From the NCBI GenBank assembly GCA_045542535.1, contig JAZQLF010000027.1, positions 14,793 to 78,792 of the forward strand: DNA of 64,000 nucleotides, given 5' to 3'. The first letter of the stretch is position 1. The number at the start of each line of letters is the position of its first letter. Shown here one piece after another: positions 30,425 through 38,990 of the stretch. The translations under genes and the position numbers were made by a program. Origin of the DNA: Acutalibacteraceae bacterium. GTDB taxonomy: Bacteria > Bacillota > Clostridia > Oscillospirales > Acutalibacteraceae. The notes below the pieces were generated by a model. That model made no database searches, was not told the DNA's origin, and saw only the letters and a list, made by a program, of their open reading frames with translations.

Positions 30425-33400
30425 TGCGTTAACGGAATCGAGATATTTTTCGATATATTCCCAAAGGAGCTGTTCTGCAAGTGCCACATTCTCTGCATCC
30501 AACTCCAAGCCGTGACCCGAGGTAGGATAGGAATTGAGCACGTGCTCTACTCCGTATTCAGTCAGCTTCGCGTCTAAATCAACGGCGTTTCTGTACGGGA
30601 CAATATTATCCATAACACCATGGTTTATAATGGTAGGAACCGTATTTTCATCTACATAGTAAATAGGTGAAACAAATTTCAAGGCATCCTTTGCTTGGGC
30701 ACGTGTTGCGTAGGTATGAGGGAAACCACTTGCATACCCGAGAACCTCAGCAACAAATTCTTCATCACCAAGTCCGTTATTAGCCTGAAGATCTTCATTG
30801 TAATAATAATATTCATCTGCTAAATCTGCAGGACCGCAATAGCTTGCAACTGCTTTCGGCGGAATTGGTGAGGAATCTGCACGGGAATAGGCATAATGGA
30901 GAGATAAATGACCACCTGCAGAGCCACCTGTGGAAAGGAAGCCTGAAATTTCAACACCGTGAGATTCGCCAATTTCCTTTACAAGAGTCATTGCCTGTTC
31001 AATATCATCCATTAAATCATCAAGGTTAACATTTTCATCAATGTATCGGTACCTTACTGCCACACCTGCATAGCCCGCCTCGGCAACCTGCTCGAGTCTG
31101 CCTGCAAATTCATTTTCGTCACCAAACATCCATGCGCCACCGTGAAGCATAAGGACTATGCCCACTATCTTTTTATCCTTAGGAATGTATAAATCAAAGT
31201 AATGTCTTTCGTTATCGCCGTATTTTTTGTCAAAATACACATAATTATCTAAGGCAGAAATATCAAACGCTTCTTCTAAATCGTAGTCATCTGCATTGCC
31301 GTCGCCATTAAAATCGCAAGCCATTAACGCAGATTTGCCTACATAGATTTTATTGGTTATGGCTTGTTTTATTTTGGTTGTGTCTTCATTTGTGCAAACA
31401 CCATCACCATTGAAATCCCCTGCACCATACACATCCAATGTTTGATAACCAAAATAGAGATTCCAAGCTTGGGTTACATCTAAAACATCCACTACCATAT
31501 CGCCATCAATATCTGCTCTGGCAAAGGTTACACTATCTTCAGCAGTTGCTTTCGTGTTATGTTCACCTAAAGCCATATTGACAAAAATCTGATAATCTGC
31601 GGTGCCGATACTCTTGTCGCTATTCAAATCACAGATACTGCCGACAGAATAACCTATTTCTGACTCATACTTTGCAACTGCATGCATCGGTTTACTTGAT
31701 ATTACGGGAAGTGCACCATATATATTGCTCTTTTGTCCCCAGATACGATAACCATTACCGGACTCAAGCAAGTAAGCAACCTCACCACTACTGAACTGAT
31801 CGAGAGTTTTAACTTCTGTAATTCCTGCGCTATCGGTTGAAGTGAGCCACATTGATGCACCAATACCGGTTTGAGCAGTGCCGTCTGCAGTTACAGAACC
31901 ACTTAAATAATAACAATTTGAAATTGTTTCATTGTTATCACCGCATATAGCGCCAACATAATATGCGGGATTCAAATAATCATTTGTTCCTGTTCCGGTG
32001 ACACCACCTGCAGAATAACAATTATTTATTGTACCTTCATTCTGAGCTGCAATACCGCCTACATATCTTGTTCCGCCAACGGCGCTATTACTGCAGGAAT
32101 TCTGAATTGTACCTTCGTTAAGAGCAACAAGCCCGGCAACATATTTTCCGCCTTTAAAATATGATGAACTGATATTTGTATTTCTTACTATGCCCTCACT
32201 ACCCAGGTAGCCTATCAAAGCTGTGTAATCCTCTTCATCAGCATTATAGAAATTCCTGAGAGTATAGCCGCAACCGTCAAAGACTCCATTAAACTCAACG
32301 CTATTACTGCTTAAAGTTGCTTTAATACCGATAGGGGTCCAAGCACGGAAATTATCAGGTTTAAGAGCGCCGGTGGAATCATAAATATCTATATTATCAC
32401 TTATATCATCGTAGAGTCTGCAGTTAATAGTATTGTTACCATCGTTTACCTGCTGACAGAACCAATAAAGATTACCTGCATTTTCTATTTTGTAAAATCC
32501 GCTTTCATCTTTAAAGGGAACGTCATAATGGCTGGTATCAGTAAGGCAGAAGCCGTTAGACAATGTACCGCCGCAGGTTTTACAGGCATTAAGCTTTGCA
32601 ACAAGGCTTGGACGGGTTGCCCAGGTATAATCAGGGCCTATTTCACGGGCAAGCCAGGATTTTACAACCTTAACAAAATAGAAATCTGCGCTTTTTTGAT
32701 AACCATAAGTACCTGTTGACTGGTCGTAGCCAAAAACTGTTATAAGCTTGGCATTACCGCAAAGACTTTCTTCAAAATATGCTGTGCAGGTTTCCACATC
32801 ATCATAATGGGCATAGCCCTCTGCATTAACATACTCATTTCTGCCATTTTCGCCAAGCTCTTTTTCAAGCTGTGCCAAATTGTAATTACAGGTTTTGGGA
32901 CTCATTGTCCAACCGGGAGTGCAATAATCGTTAATGCACACATCTGTCGGGGGATATTCTGTTGAACAACCACCTAAATATGACGAAACAGATACTATAT
33001 GAGAAAATATTTTAGATTTTTCTATACCTGCATCATAAAACATTTTGCAGGTGAATTCTATATAATCTGCAATAACCTCATAGAGAAGCTCTCTTATAAC
33101 CTCAGCATCGCTACGCATACGGATTACCGCTTCTTCATGAATAGATTGAGCATCGTAGCCGAGATTATGTAAAGCATGCATTCCGTATTGAGCTTTTTCA
33201 AACTCCTCGAGAGAGTCATAAGTTTTATCTGTGTAATCGGGTATCTGTGTTTCCCAACCGGTGTTGATACCTGCAAGAAGGTATGATTTTCCTTCTCCTT
33301 TAAGTCTTTCATAATTTTCAAGCAATGGTTCTATAAAGCCCTCAGTTACCTGCTTTTCGTACCAAGCAAGATATTTGGGGGAGTTAAAGCAAGGAAAACC

Positions 33401-33967
33401 ACCTGCAGTAGCAAAGGGAGTTCCGCTCCAGTTACAATGCCATCTGGGGAGCATACCATATTTTTGACCGCCCCACTCTTCACCTTCTTCAGGGAAAGCA
33501 ATCCATTCACACATTTCAGGGTCGTCATAAAATTTATTACCCTCTTCATCAATGGTGGCATCGTCGCCAAAATTAGTGGCATAGTTAGTGCAATCGTCCA
33601 TTTGAAAGAATACAGGTACATTATATTTTTCTGCAAGGGCAAAAACAGTATTAACCTCTTCATTCATCTGCTCAATAGACTGTGTAAGGCACATAGGTCC
33701 TACAACACCGAATGCATACATTCTGTCAGAAGAAGAATCTATTTCACCATGAAGCTTTACCATTTCAGAAACATAAGGCTCCAAGCTATTATAGTGTATA
33801 TTTGTGACCATAAATACTACATACTGAATTCCGTCTTCAGAGGTAGCAGTTATTGTCCCATCCGCCGCTACCGAAATACCGCTTTCAATATTATCCGCAC
33901 TGAAAGCCGGTACAACCATACAGGAAGCCGTCAACAATATTGCAAGAATTAAACTTAAAATTTTCAT
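30422..33967 (-). CDS. Secreted multidomain protein: unknown N-domain, GLUG repeats, two dockerin-like modules, C-terminal esterase
   Basis: - Signal peptide MKILSLILAILLTASCMVVPAFSA.
- GLUG-type repeats: YVAGLVALNEGTIQNS, YVGGIAAQNEGTINNCY, YVGAICGDNNETISNCYY.
- Dockerin-like Ca loops: DLNSDKSIGTADY, DIDGDMVVDVLD, DFNGDGVCTNED, DFNGDGNADDYD.
- Esterase motifs HGGAW, GGSAGG and a late GHG.
- ATG at 33967 has a GAGGGGA RBS. Confidence 0.75.
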   Translation of the reverse strand: MKILSLILAILLTASCMVVPAFSADNIESGISVAADGTITATSEDGIQYVVFMVTNIHYNSLEPYVSEMVKLHGEIDSSSDRMYAFGVVGPMCLTQSIEQMNEEVNTVFALAEKYNVPVFFQMDDCTNYATNFGDDATIDEEGNKFYDDPEMCEWIAFPEEGEEWGGQKYGMLPRWHCNWSGTPFATAGGFPCFNSPKYLAWYEKQVTEGFIEPLLENYERLKGEGKSYLLAGINTGWETQIPDYTDKTYDSLEEFEKAQYGMHALHNLGYDAQSIHEEAVIRMRSDAEVIRELLYEVIADYIEFTCKMFYDAGIEKSKIFSHIVSVSSYLGGCSTEYPPTDVCINDYCTPGWTMSPKTCNYNLAQLEKELGENGRNEYVNAEGYAHYDDVETCTAYFEESLCGNAKLITVFGYDQSTGTYGYQKSADFYFVKVVKSWLAREIGPDYTWATRPSLVAKLNACKTCGGTLSNGFCLTDTSHYDVPFKDESGFYKIENAGNLYWFCQQVNDGNNTINCRLYDDISDNIDIYDSTGALKPDNFRAWTPIGIKATLSSNSVEFNGVFDGCGYTLRNFYNADEEDYTALIGYLGSEGIVRNTNISSSYFKGGKYVAGLVALNEGTIQNSCSNSAVGGTRYVGGIAAQNEGTINNCYSAGGVTGTGTNDYLNPAYYVGAICGDNNETISNCYYLSGSVTADGTAQTGIGASMWLTSTDSAGITEVKTLDQFSSGEVAYLLESGNGYRIWGQKSNIYGALPVISSKPMHAVAKYESEIGYSVGSICDLNSDKSIGTADYQIFVNMALGEHNTKATAEDSVTFARADIDGDMVVDVLDVTQAWNLYFGYQTLDVYGAGDFNGDGVCTNEDTTKIKQAITNKIYVGKSALMACDFNGDGNADDYDLEEAFDISALDNYVYFDKKYGDNERHYFDLYIPKDKKIVGIVLMLHGGAWMFGDENEFAGRLEQVAEAGYAGVAVRYRYIDENVNLDDLMDDIEQAMTLVKEIGESHGVEISGFLSTGGSAGGHLSLHYAYSRADSSPIPPKAVASYCGPADLADEYYYYNEDLQANNGLGDEEFVAEVLGYASGFPHTYATRAQAKDALKFVSPIYYVDENTVPTIINHGVMDNIVPYRNAVDLDAKLTEYGVEHVLNSYPTSGHGLELDAENVALAEQLLWEYIEKYLDSVNA

Positions 33968-34055
33968 AATTCCCCTCATTTTCATAAAGTCTAATATTTT
34001 TTGCACATACGCCTTATTTTAACATCTTAAATTCTTCTTTTCAAGATTTAAATTA

Positions 34056-34096
34056 TAAAAAACCTTGTGAACAAAACGCTCACAAGGTTAATTTTA
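34056..34096. terminator. Terminator downstream of the lipase-like gene
   Basis: AACCTTGTGA / TCACAAGGTT stem flanked by A/T runs. Confidence 0.7.
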
Positions 34097-34115
34097 AGGT
34101 ACTATTTGTTATTTT

Positions 34116-35921
34116 TTAAAACACATAAGAGAAAACGAAGTTTACGCCTTCATTCAAGCCTTGCATAACAGATGTTATTGCATTTTCGCTTGCTGTGGGG
34201 TCTGTGTTCTCCATCAAACCTGCGCTGATAAGTGCAACGCGAAGCTCTTCTTCAGCTTCTTTCCATTTTTCTGTACTAACAATTGTTTCGGAAAGCTGTT
34301 TGTTAATTTCGTCAACTGCCTTCTGAACAGAAGCAATATCATTTTCGGAAAGCTGGGATTTATCTGCATTTTCCCAGATTTCAAGATATTCTTTTACCTT
34401 GTTTGTAAGTCTGCCTTCGTTATATTGAGGATAAACTTCAGGTACGCTATAAACATCAACGATGTTGTCATCGGTCATAATGTCAAATGCCATTTTGAGA
34501 GCAACGTCGTTATGAGGAAGCTTTTCATGGTCCTGATTTTTAATGTACCAGGTTGTGCAAGGAAGAAGACCTGTTGTGGGGTCAACTGTTCTGTCAGGAG
34601 AAATGTGGTCGTGAGCAGGGTTATTACAATATGTACCTGCTGCAACATAATCCTCGGGGAGAGTTTCGCCAACATTTGCAAAGGTTGCACCCATAGAAGC
34701 GGATGTTGAATGAACAATACCGTCACCGTTGGTTACATTATAATCCTTGCAAAGAGGGAACATTCCGCCGCCATAGCAAACGATGTCAAATACCTCTGTG
34801 CCGTTTTCCATAAGCTTGTAGAGGTTATCGCCAAAGTTGGCTCTCGCCTGCATATAGTAATCAACTTTTTCTCTTACTAATGCATATTCATCATCGGAAA
34901 GCCATTTTTCTCTTGCTTCTTCGTAATAATCGGTGGGACAAAGAGCCCAGATAATTGTTGTAGAGCGGACACCTGCTTCGACAACGCCTTCCACAAGTCC
35001 GCCTAACGCACTTTTGAGAACATCATCGGGCAAAATGCGAAGAACGATATTAAGGAAATATGATAAACCGCTTTCGCCTAAAAGAGAGGGAAGGAATTTG
35101 CTGTAAAGCATTTCATCATCGTGAAGAACGCTGACGTTGTTTGTAAGAAGGTCACCGATAATGTCGGAGCCGTCAATAGCAGGAATAACAAACAACATTC
35201 TCTTAATTAAGAAATAATCTTCGGGGTAGGTTTCAAGATAGTTAACACCGATTGTTCCGCCCAAGCTGATGTTGCAAAGACGAACCTGCTCTGCACCGCT
35301 CTGGGGTAAAACAACATCGTGAATATAGTGGTGAAGCTTCTCGGTTTCGCCGATAACATCGCCGAATGAGTCGTAACCGAAATAATAGATATTCTCTTCG
35401 CCAACGATTTCAGCCAAGCCCTGAAGAGGAAGAATATTATAGTAATATTCTTTAATCTCATCGGTCATTTCACTCATAGGAAATTCGTAGCAGGGAACTT
35501 CAACGGGAGTAAGATAATTACCCTCTGCATCCTTATGAATTGCATAAAGAGCTTCGTAAGCACCTTTTCTCATAGCATCTGTAAGACCTGCGTCACTTCT
35601 TGAAATCACAGATGCAATAAGTGGAACAAGAGCTTCCTTGAGAAGACCCATAACATCAATTTCAAGGGGCCAACCTGTAACATAGTCACCGTTTTTATCA
35701 GTCATTCTGCTACCGTCTTCGTTAAGAAGATAGGTATCATTCTGGCTCATACCGTGAACGATAATCACAGGAGTATCTCTGTCATAATCCGCAGTATAGT
35801 TTGATGCTGCTAAAATGGTTGCTGAACCTGTTGCCTTTTCTTTAGCAGAAACGGGAACAAGCATTACAGAACAAACCATAACAAGCGCAACTATCAAGCT
35901 GATGGTTCTTTTAATTTTCAT
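34116..35921 (-). CDS. Secreted alpha/beta-hydrolase (lipase-like) protein
   Basis: Signal peptide, PVIIVHGM near the N-terminus, and a possible nucleophile elbow NISLGG (non-canonical first residue). Confidence 0.5.
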   Translation of the reverse strand: MKIKRTISLIVALVMVCSVMLVPVSAKEKATGSATILAASNYTADYDRDTPVIIVHGMSQNDTYLLNEDGSRMTDKNGDYVTGWPLEIDVMGLLKEALVPLIASVISRSDAGLTDAMRKGAYEALYAIHKDAEGNYLTPVEVPCYEFPMSEMTDEIKEYYYNILPLQGLAEIVGEENIYYFGYDSFGDVIGETEKLHHYIHDVVLPQSGAEQVRLCNISLGGTIGVNYLETYPEDYFLIKRMLFVIPAIDGSDIIGDLLTNNVSVLHDDEMLYSKFLPSLLGESGLSYFLNIVLRILPDDVLKSALGGLVEGVVEAGVRSTTIIWALCPTDYYEEAREKWLSDDEYALVREKVDYYMQARANFGDNLYKLMENGTEVFDIVCYGGGMFPLCKDYNVTNGDGIVHSTSASMGATFANVGETLPEDYVAAGTYCNNPAHDHISPDRTVDPTTGLLPCTTWYIKNQDHEKLPHNDVALKMAFDIMTDDNIVDVYSVPEVYPQYNEGRLTNKVKEYLEIWENADKSQLSENDIASVQKAVDEINKQLSETIVSTEKWKEAEEELRVALISAGLMENTDPTASENAITSVMQGLNEGVNFVFSYVF

Positions 35922-36057
35922 AAACCCACCTCATTAATAAAATGTTAACTAAATTTTAACATATAGGAATCACATTAACAATAAATGCATTGCACAACTT
36001 TTTATGGAAAAACTTGTAAAAAACCACAAAATACCCGTGATTTTTTCTTGAATAAGG

Positions 36058-36086
36058 TTGTAGTTTGGAGTTTTAAATGGTATAAT
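36058..36086 (+). promoter_or_regulatory. Putative promoter of the PqqD-like gene
   Basis: TTGTAG, 17 nt, then TGG TATAAT (extended -10). It lies about 45 nt upstream of the ATG. Confidence 0.5.
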
Positions 36087-36129
36087 TTTAAAAGATCAGG
36101 ACAACTTTTTCACCTTAGGAAGTGATTAA

Positions 36130-36408
36130 ATGGAAGAGAAACTTTTCAGCATCAAAGGCTCTTATGTTCTCCGCCAGATTGCCGGGGAATATTTAGCCGT
36201 ACCTATAAGCAACGAAGCAGGTGACGATGCTAATATTGTAATACTTAATCCTGTTAGCCAGGTTATTTGGGGCAAGCTTGAAACCGGCGCCACATTTGAT
36301 GAAATCCTCGATGTTGTTACAACAGAGTTTGATGTTTCAAAAGAAGACGCCTCTGCCGATATCAAAGAATTTTTAGATGGGCTTGAAGAAGCGAATCTGT
36401 TGAAATAA
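36130..36408 (+). CDS. PqqD-family protein (stand-alone RiPP-recognition-element-like peptide chaperone)
   Basis: 92 aa. Pattern YVLRQIAGEYLAVP......ILNPVSQVIWGKLETGATFDEILDVVTTEFDVSKEDASADIKEFLDGLEEANLL matches the PqqD winged-helix family. Confidence 0.75.
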   Translation: MEEKLFSIKGSYVLRQIAGEYLAVPISNEAGDDANIVILNPVSQVIWGKLETGATFDEILDVVTTEFDVSKEDASADIKEFLDGLEEANLLK

Positions 36409-36418
36409 TAAATATTTA

Positions 36419-36455
36419 ACCGCGTAATTGAATGGCACCATTCAATTACGCGGTT
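36419..36455. terminator. Bidirectional terminator shared by the PqqD-like and NTase genes
   Basis: ACCGCGTAATTGAATGG-CA-CCATTCAATTACGCGGT, a 17-bp perfect stem. The right arm abuts the NTase stop codon. Confidence 0.8.
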
Positions 36456-37675
36456 TATTCTTTTTCAAACAATTTCAAACTATCAAAAAGCTCTGTCCTC
36501 TGCTTTGCTTCGGAAACGAAACTGTTAACCTTTATTTTAGGTCTTTCCCCTTTTAATGAACGAAAAACATATCTTCCACCGAAATAAACCCAACCAACAG
36601 GCAAAAGTATTTTATTTTTCTCTGCGCGTTTCCAATTATTTTTAACGGATTGATTCACATACTCAATGAATCTGCCGATTTGGCTTTTATCTCTATGCTC
36701 TTCGTCTCCGTATTTAGGAAGAATCATACTTTCGTGGCTTCTGTCGTCACTTTTCTGACCTAAATTTCCACCTTTGAAAATATCTTGCGCCAATGCATCA
36801 ACAATTTTTTCATCGACCTGACCTACCCATTTTTTCGCAGGGCAGGAAAGATATTTTTCGCAAACTTTTGTTAAAACACAAGCAAAATTCCAAAGGCCAA
36901 TATTTTTGAATTTTGCTTGAAATAAATCAATAAATTCATTTTCGGGAACGGAATTCACAAAAACTGCCCAGTCGCAAAGGTGACGAAGACCCACACCGGA
37001 GCTTGTAAGGTGGTGGCAGGTATGAAGCAGTATAATCAATCCGTGGTGAAAAGGTGACGGAACTGAAATCCCACCAAAAAGGGTATTTCGATTTTCCGCT
37101 TTCTCCAAAATATCCGCTAAATAAGTTTTAACCAACGCCCCTGCTTCACCCTTAGGCATACCTGCAGGAGCGGTGTGAAGCTCATATCTGCAAACTCCGT
37201 CTGTAAAAACCAAATGGTCGCCGTGGGATTTTTCTGATACCACAAAGCCGTTTTGCTCTAACGCTTGGCAAGTCTTTTTCAAATCACTTTCATTAACAAG
37301 AAAATCCACATCACCCATTGACCGCAAAAGAAAATCAGGGTAATAAAGAGCAGAAGCCAGACCTTTTAAAATAACATAAGAAATACCTGAATCAGTAAGA
37401 ATCTTATGAATTTTAAAATGACTTTTATTTACCGTAAGGTTATCTGACATTCGGCTTTGAAGATTTTTTCTTATATTGGAAAAATCTGCAGCTAAAGTCA
37501 GATCCTCGGAAAAATCTGAAAAGGCTATAAGAGAAACTGCCTGCATATAGGCCTCATACCAAACCAAGCGCCAATCCAAAGAAACGCCATCAATGGACTT
37601 ACCTGCACCAAATAAATTGTTTGCAAGCAAATCCAGAAGAACCTGTTCATTTTTATTCAAAACGCTTTCGGTCAT
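36455..37675 (-). CDS. Uncharacterised nucleotidyltransferase-family protein (NTP_transf_5-like)
   Basis: NTase-fold motif SMGDVDFLV, then HTCHH...GLRHLCDW typical of that family as I recall it. Last gene of the glycan operon, 34 nt after wzt. Confidence 0.6.
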   Translation of the reverse strand: MTESVLNKNEQVLLDLLANNLFGAGKSIDGVSLDWRLVWYEAYMQAVSLIAFSDFSEDLTLAADFSNIRKNLQSRMSDNLTVNKSHFKIHKILTDSGISYVILKGLASALYYPDFLLRSMGDVDFLVNESDLKKTCQALEQNGFVVSEKSHGDHLVFTDGVCRYELHTAPAGMPKGEAGALVKTYLADILEKAENRNTLFGGISVPSPFHHGLIILLHTCHHLTSSGVGLRHLCDWAVFVNSVPENEFIDLFQAKFKNIGLWNFACVLTKVCEKYLSCPAKKWVGQVDEKIVDALAQDIFKGGNLGQKSDDRSHESMILPKYGDEEHRDKSQIGRFIEYVNQSVKNNWKRAEKNKILLPVGWVYFGGRYVFRSLKGERPKIKVNSFVSEAKQRTELFDSLKLFEKE

Positions 37676-37709
37676 TTATACGTATCTCCGATTTTTAATT
37701 AATAATTAT

Positions 37710-38978
37710 TTATTCACTTTCAATTTGCTCAACACAAGGAATAACCGCATTACCCCAGTCCTTGAACCAGTGCTTGAGGTGAACCGAATTATCACAATGT
37801 TCAATTCCAATTTTCATACAGATATATCGATCATAATACTCAATATTTCCAATTTCATCCTCGATATAAAAAACATGCTCTATTGCATACTTACCGGGAA
37901 CTAAAAAAGACGTATTCAATTCAAAATCACAAAAATTCTCGCCTTCTTTAAAATCAACATCGCCTACTAAACAAAGACCAACAGGAGTAAGGTCGACACC
38001 CTTAATTATAAACTTTAAAAGCAGTCTTCCGGCATCTATTTGACTAAACCAATTCATACGAAAACGAACAACATCGCCATAATTAAAAATATTATTATCT
38101 GCACCCAGAAGTTCAACACTATTTAGTTTGTGTTTAGCATTACACTTAGGAGAACGTTTAAACTCAGTCAAATCAAAAAATGCTGTATTATCAAGTTTTT
38201 CATCTTGAACATATACCGCTATACTCTCTTGAACTGAACCAACAAAAGCAACCTTGCCTTGTTTTAATACAACACACCTATCACAAAGACTTTTTACCGT
38301 CGCCATATTGTGACTTACATATAAAACTGTTCTTCCTTCTTCTGAAGCAACCTTTTTCATTCTTTCGATGCACTTATTCTGAAAATTAACATCTCCAACA
38401 GCAAGAACCTCATCCATAATCATAATTTCAGAATTAAGATGAGATGCTACAGCAAAGCCCAATTTAACCCGCATGCCACTTGAATAGCGTTTAACAGGAG
38501 TATCTATAAACTGTCCCACTTCAGAAAACTCTACAATTTCATCAAACTTTTCGTCTATTTCCGATTTACTCATACCGAGAATTGCACCATTGAGATACAC
38601 ATTCTCTCGACCTGTCAGTTCTTCATGGAAGCCTGTTCCAACTTCTAACATAGAGGTTATTCTACCGTTAATAAAAATCTTGCCTCTTGTGGGTGCAGTA
38701 ACACGACAAATCAGTTTCAACAAAGTTGATTTACCAGCTCCATTATGTCCGATGATACCAATCGCTTCACCTTTTTTTATCTCCAATGATATATCGTTAA
38801 GAGCAAGAAATTTTTCGTTTTTATCGTAAGACTTTTCACCAATTTTAAGATTGGGGTCTTCTTTTTTTCGGATTTTTGCCAATTTTGATTGCAACTCCGC
38901 TTTCAGTGTTCCGCCACCTATAGTTCCTAATCTGTATTCTTTAGAAACATTTTCTATTTTTATTGCTAACTCTTCCAT
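37710..38978 (-). CDS. Glycan-export ABC transporter ATP-binding protein (Wzt/TagH-like) with C-terminal extension
   Basis: GHNGAGKST, YSSGMRVKL and IMDEVLAVGD, plus a ~170-aa C-terminal beta-rich domain. Confidence 0.85.
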   Translation of the reverse strand: MEELAIKIENVSKEYRLGTIGGGTLKAELQSKLAKIRKKEDPNLKIGEKSYDKNEKFLALNDISLEIKKGEAIGIIGHNGAGKSTLLKLICRVTAPTRGKIFINGRITSMLEVGTGFHEELTGRENVYLNGAILGMSKSEIDEKFDEIVEFSEVGQFIDTPVKRYSSGMRVKLGFAVASHLNSEIMIMDEVLAVGDVNFQNKCIERMKKVASEEGRTVLYVSHNMATVKSLCDRCVVLKQGKVAFVGSVQESIAVYVQDEKLDNTAFFDLTEFKRSPKCNAKHKLNSVELLGADNNIFNYGDVVRFRMNWFSQIDAGRLLLKFIIKGVDLTPVGLCLVGDVDFKEGENFCDFELNTSFLVPGKYAIEHVFYIEDEIGNIEYYDRYICMKIGIEHCDNSVHLKHWFKDWGNAVIPCVEQIESE

Positions 38979-38990
38979 AATGTACCTCTG

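Noticed and set aside
31262-31639. The DxNxDG repeats as generic EF-hand or RTX calcium sites rather than dockerins.
   Set aside because: I did not fully reject this. I retained the dockerin call because the loops occur as two duplicated pairs with the usual ~22-residue helix spacing, in a secreted carbohydrate-active-type enzyme. HMM confirmation is still needed.
36130-36408. The PqqD-family gene as part of a pyrroloquinoline-quinone biosynthesis operon.
   Set aside because: No pqqA, pqqB, pqqC or pqqE (radical SAM) lies anywhere in the window. Stand-alone PqqD-like proteins in Firmicutes are generally RiPP-recognition-type chaperones.
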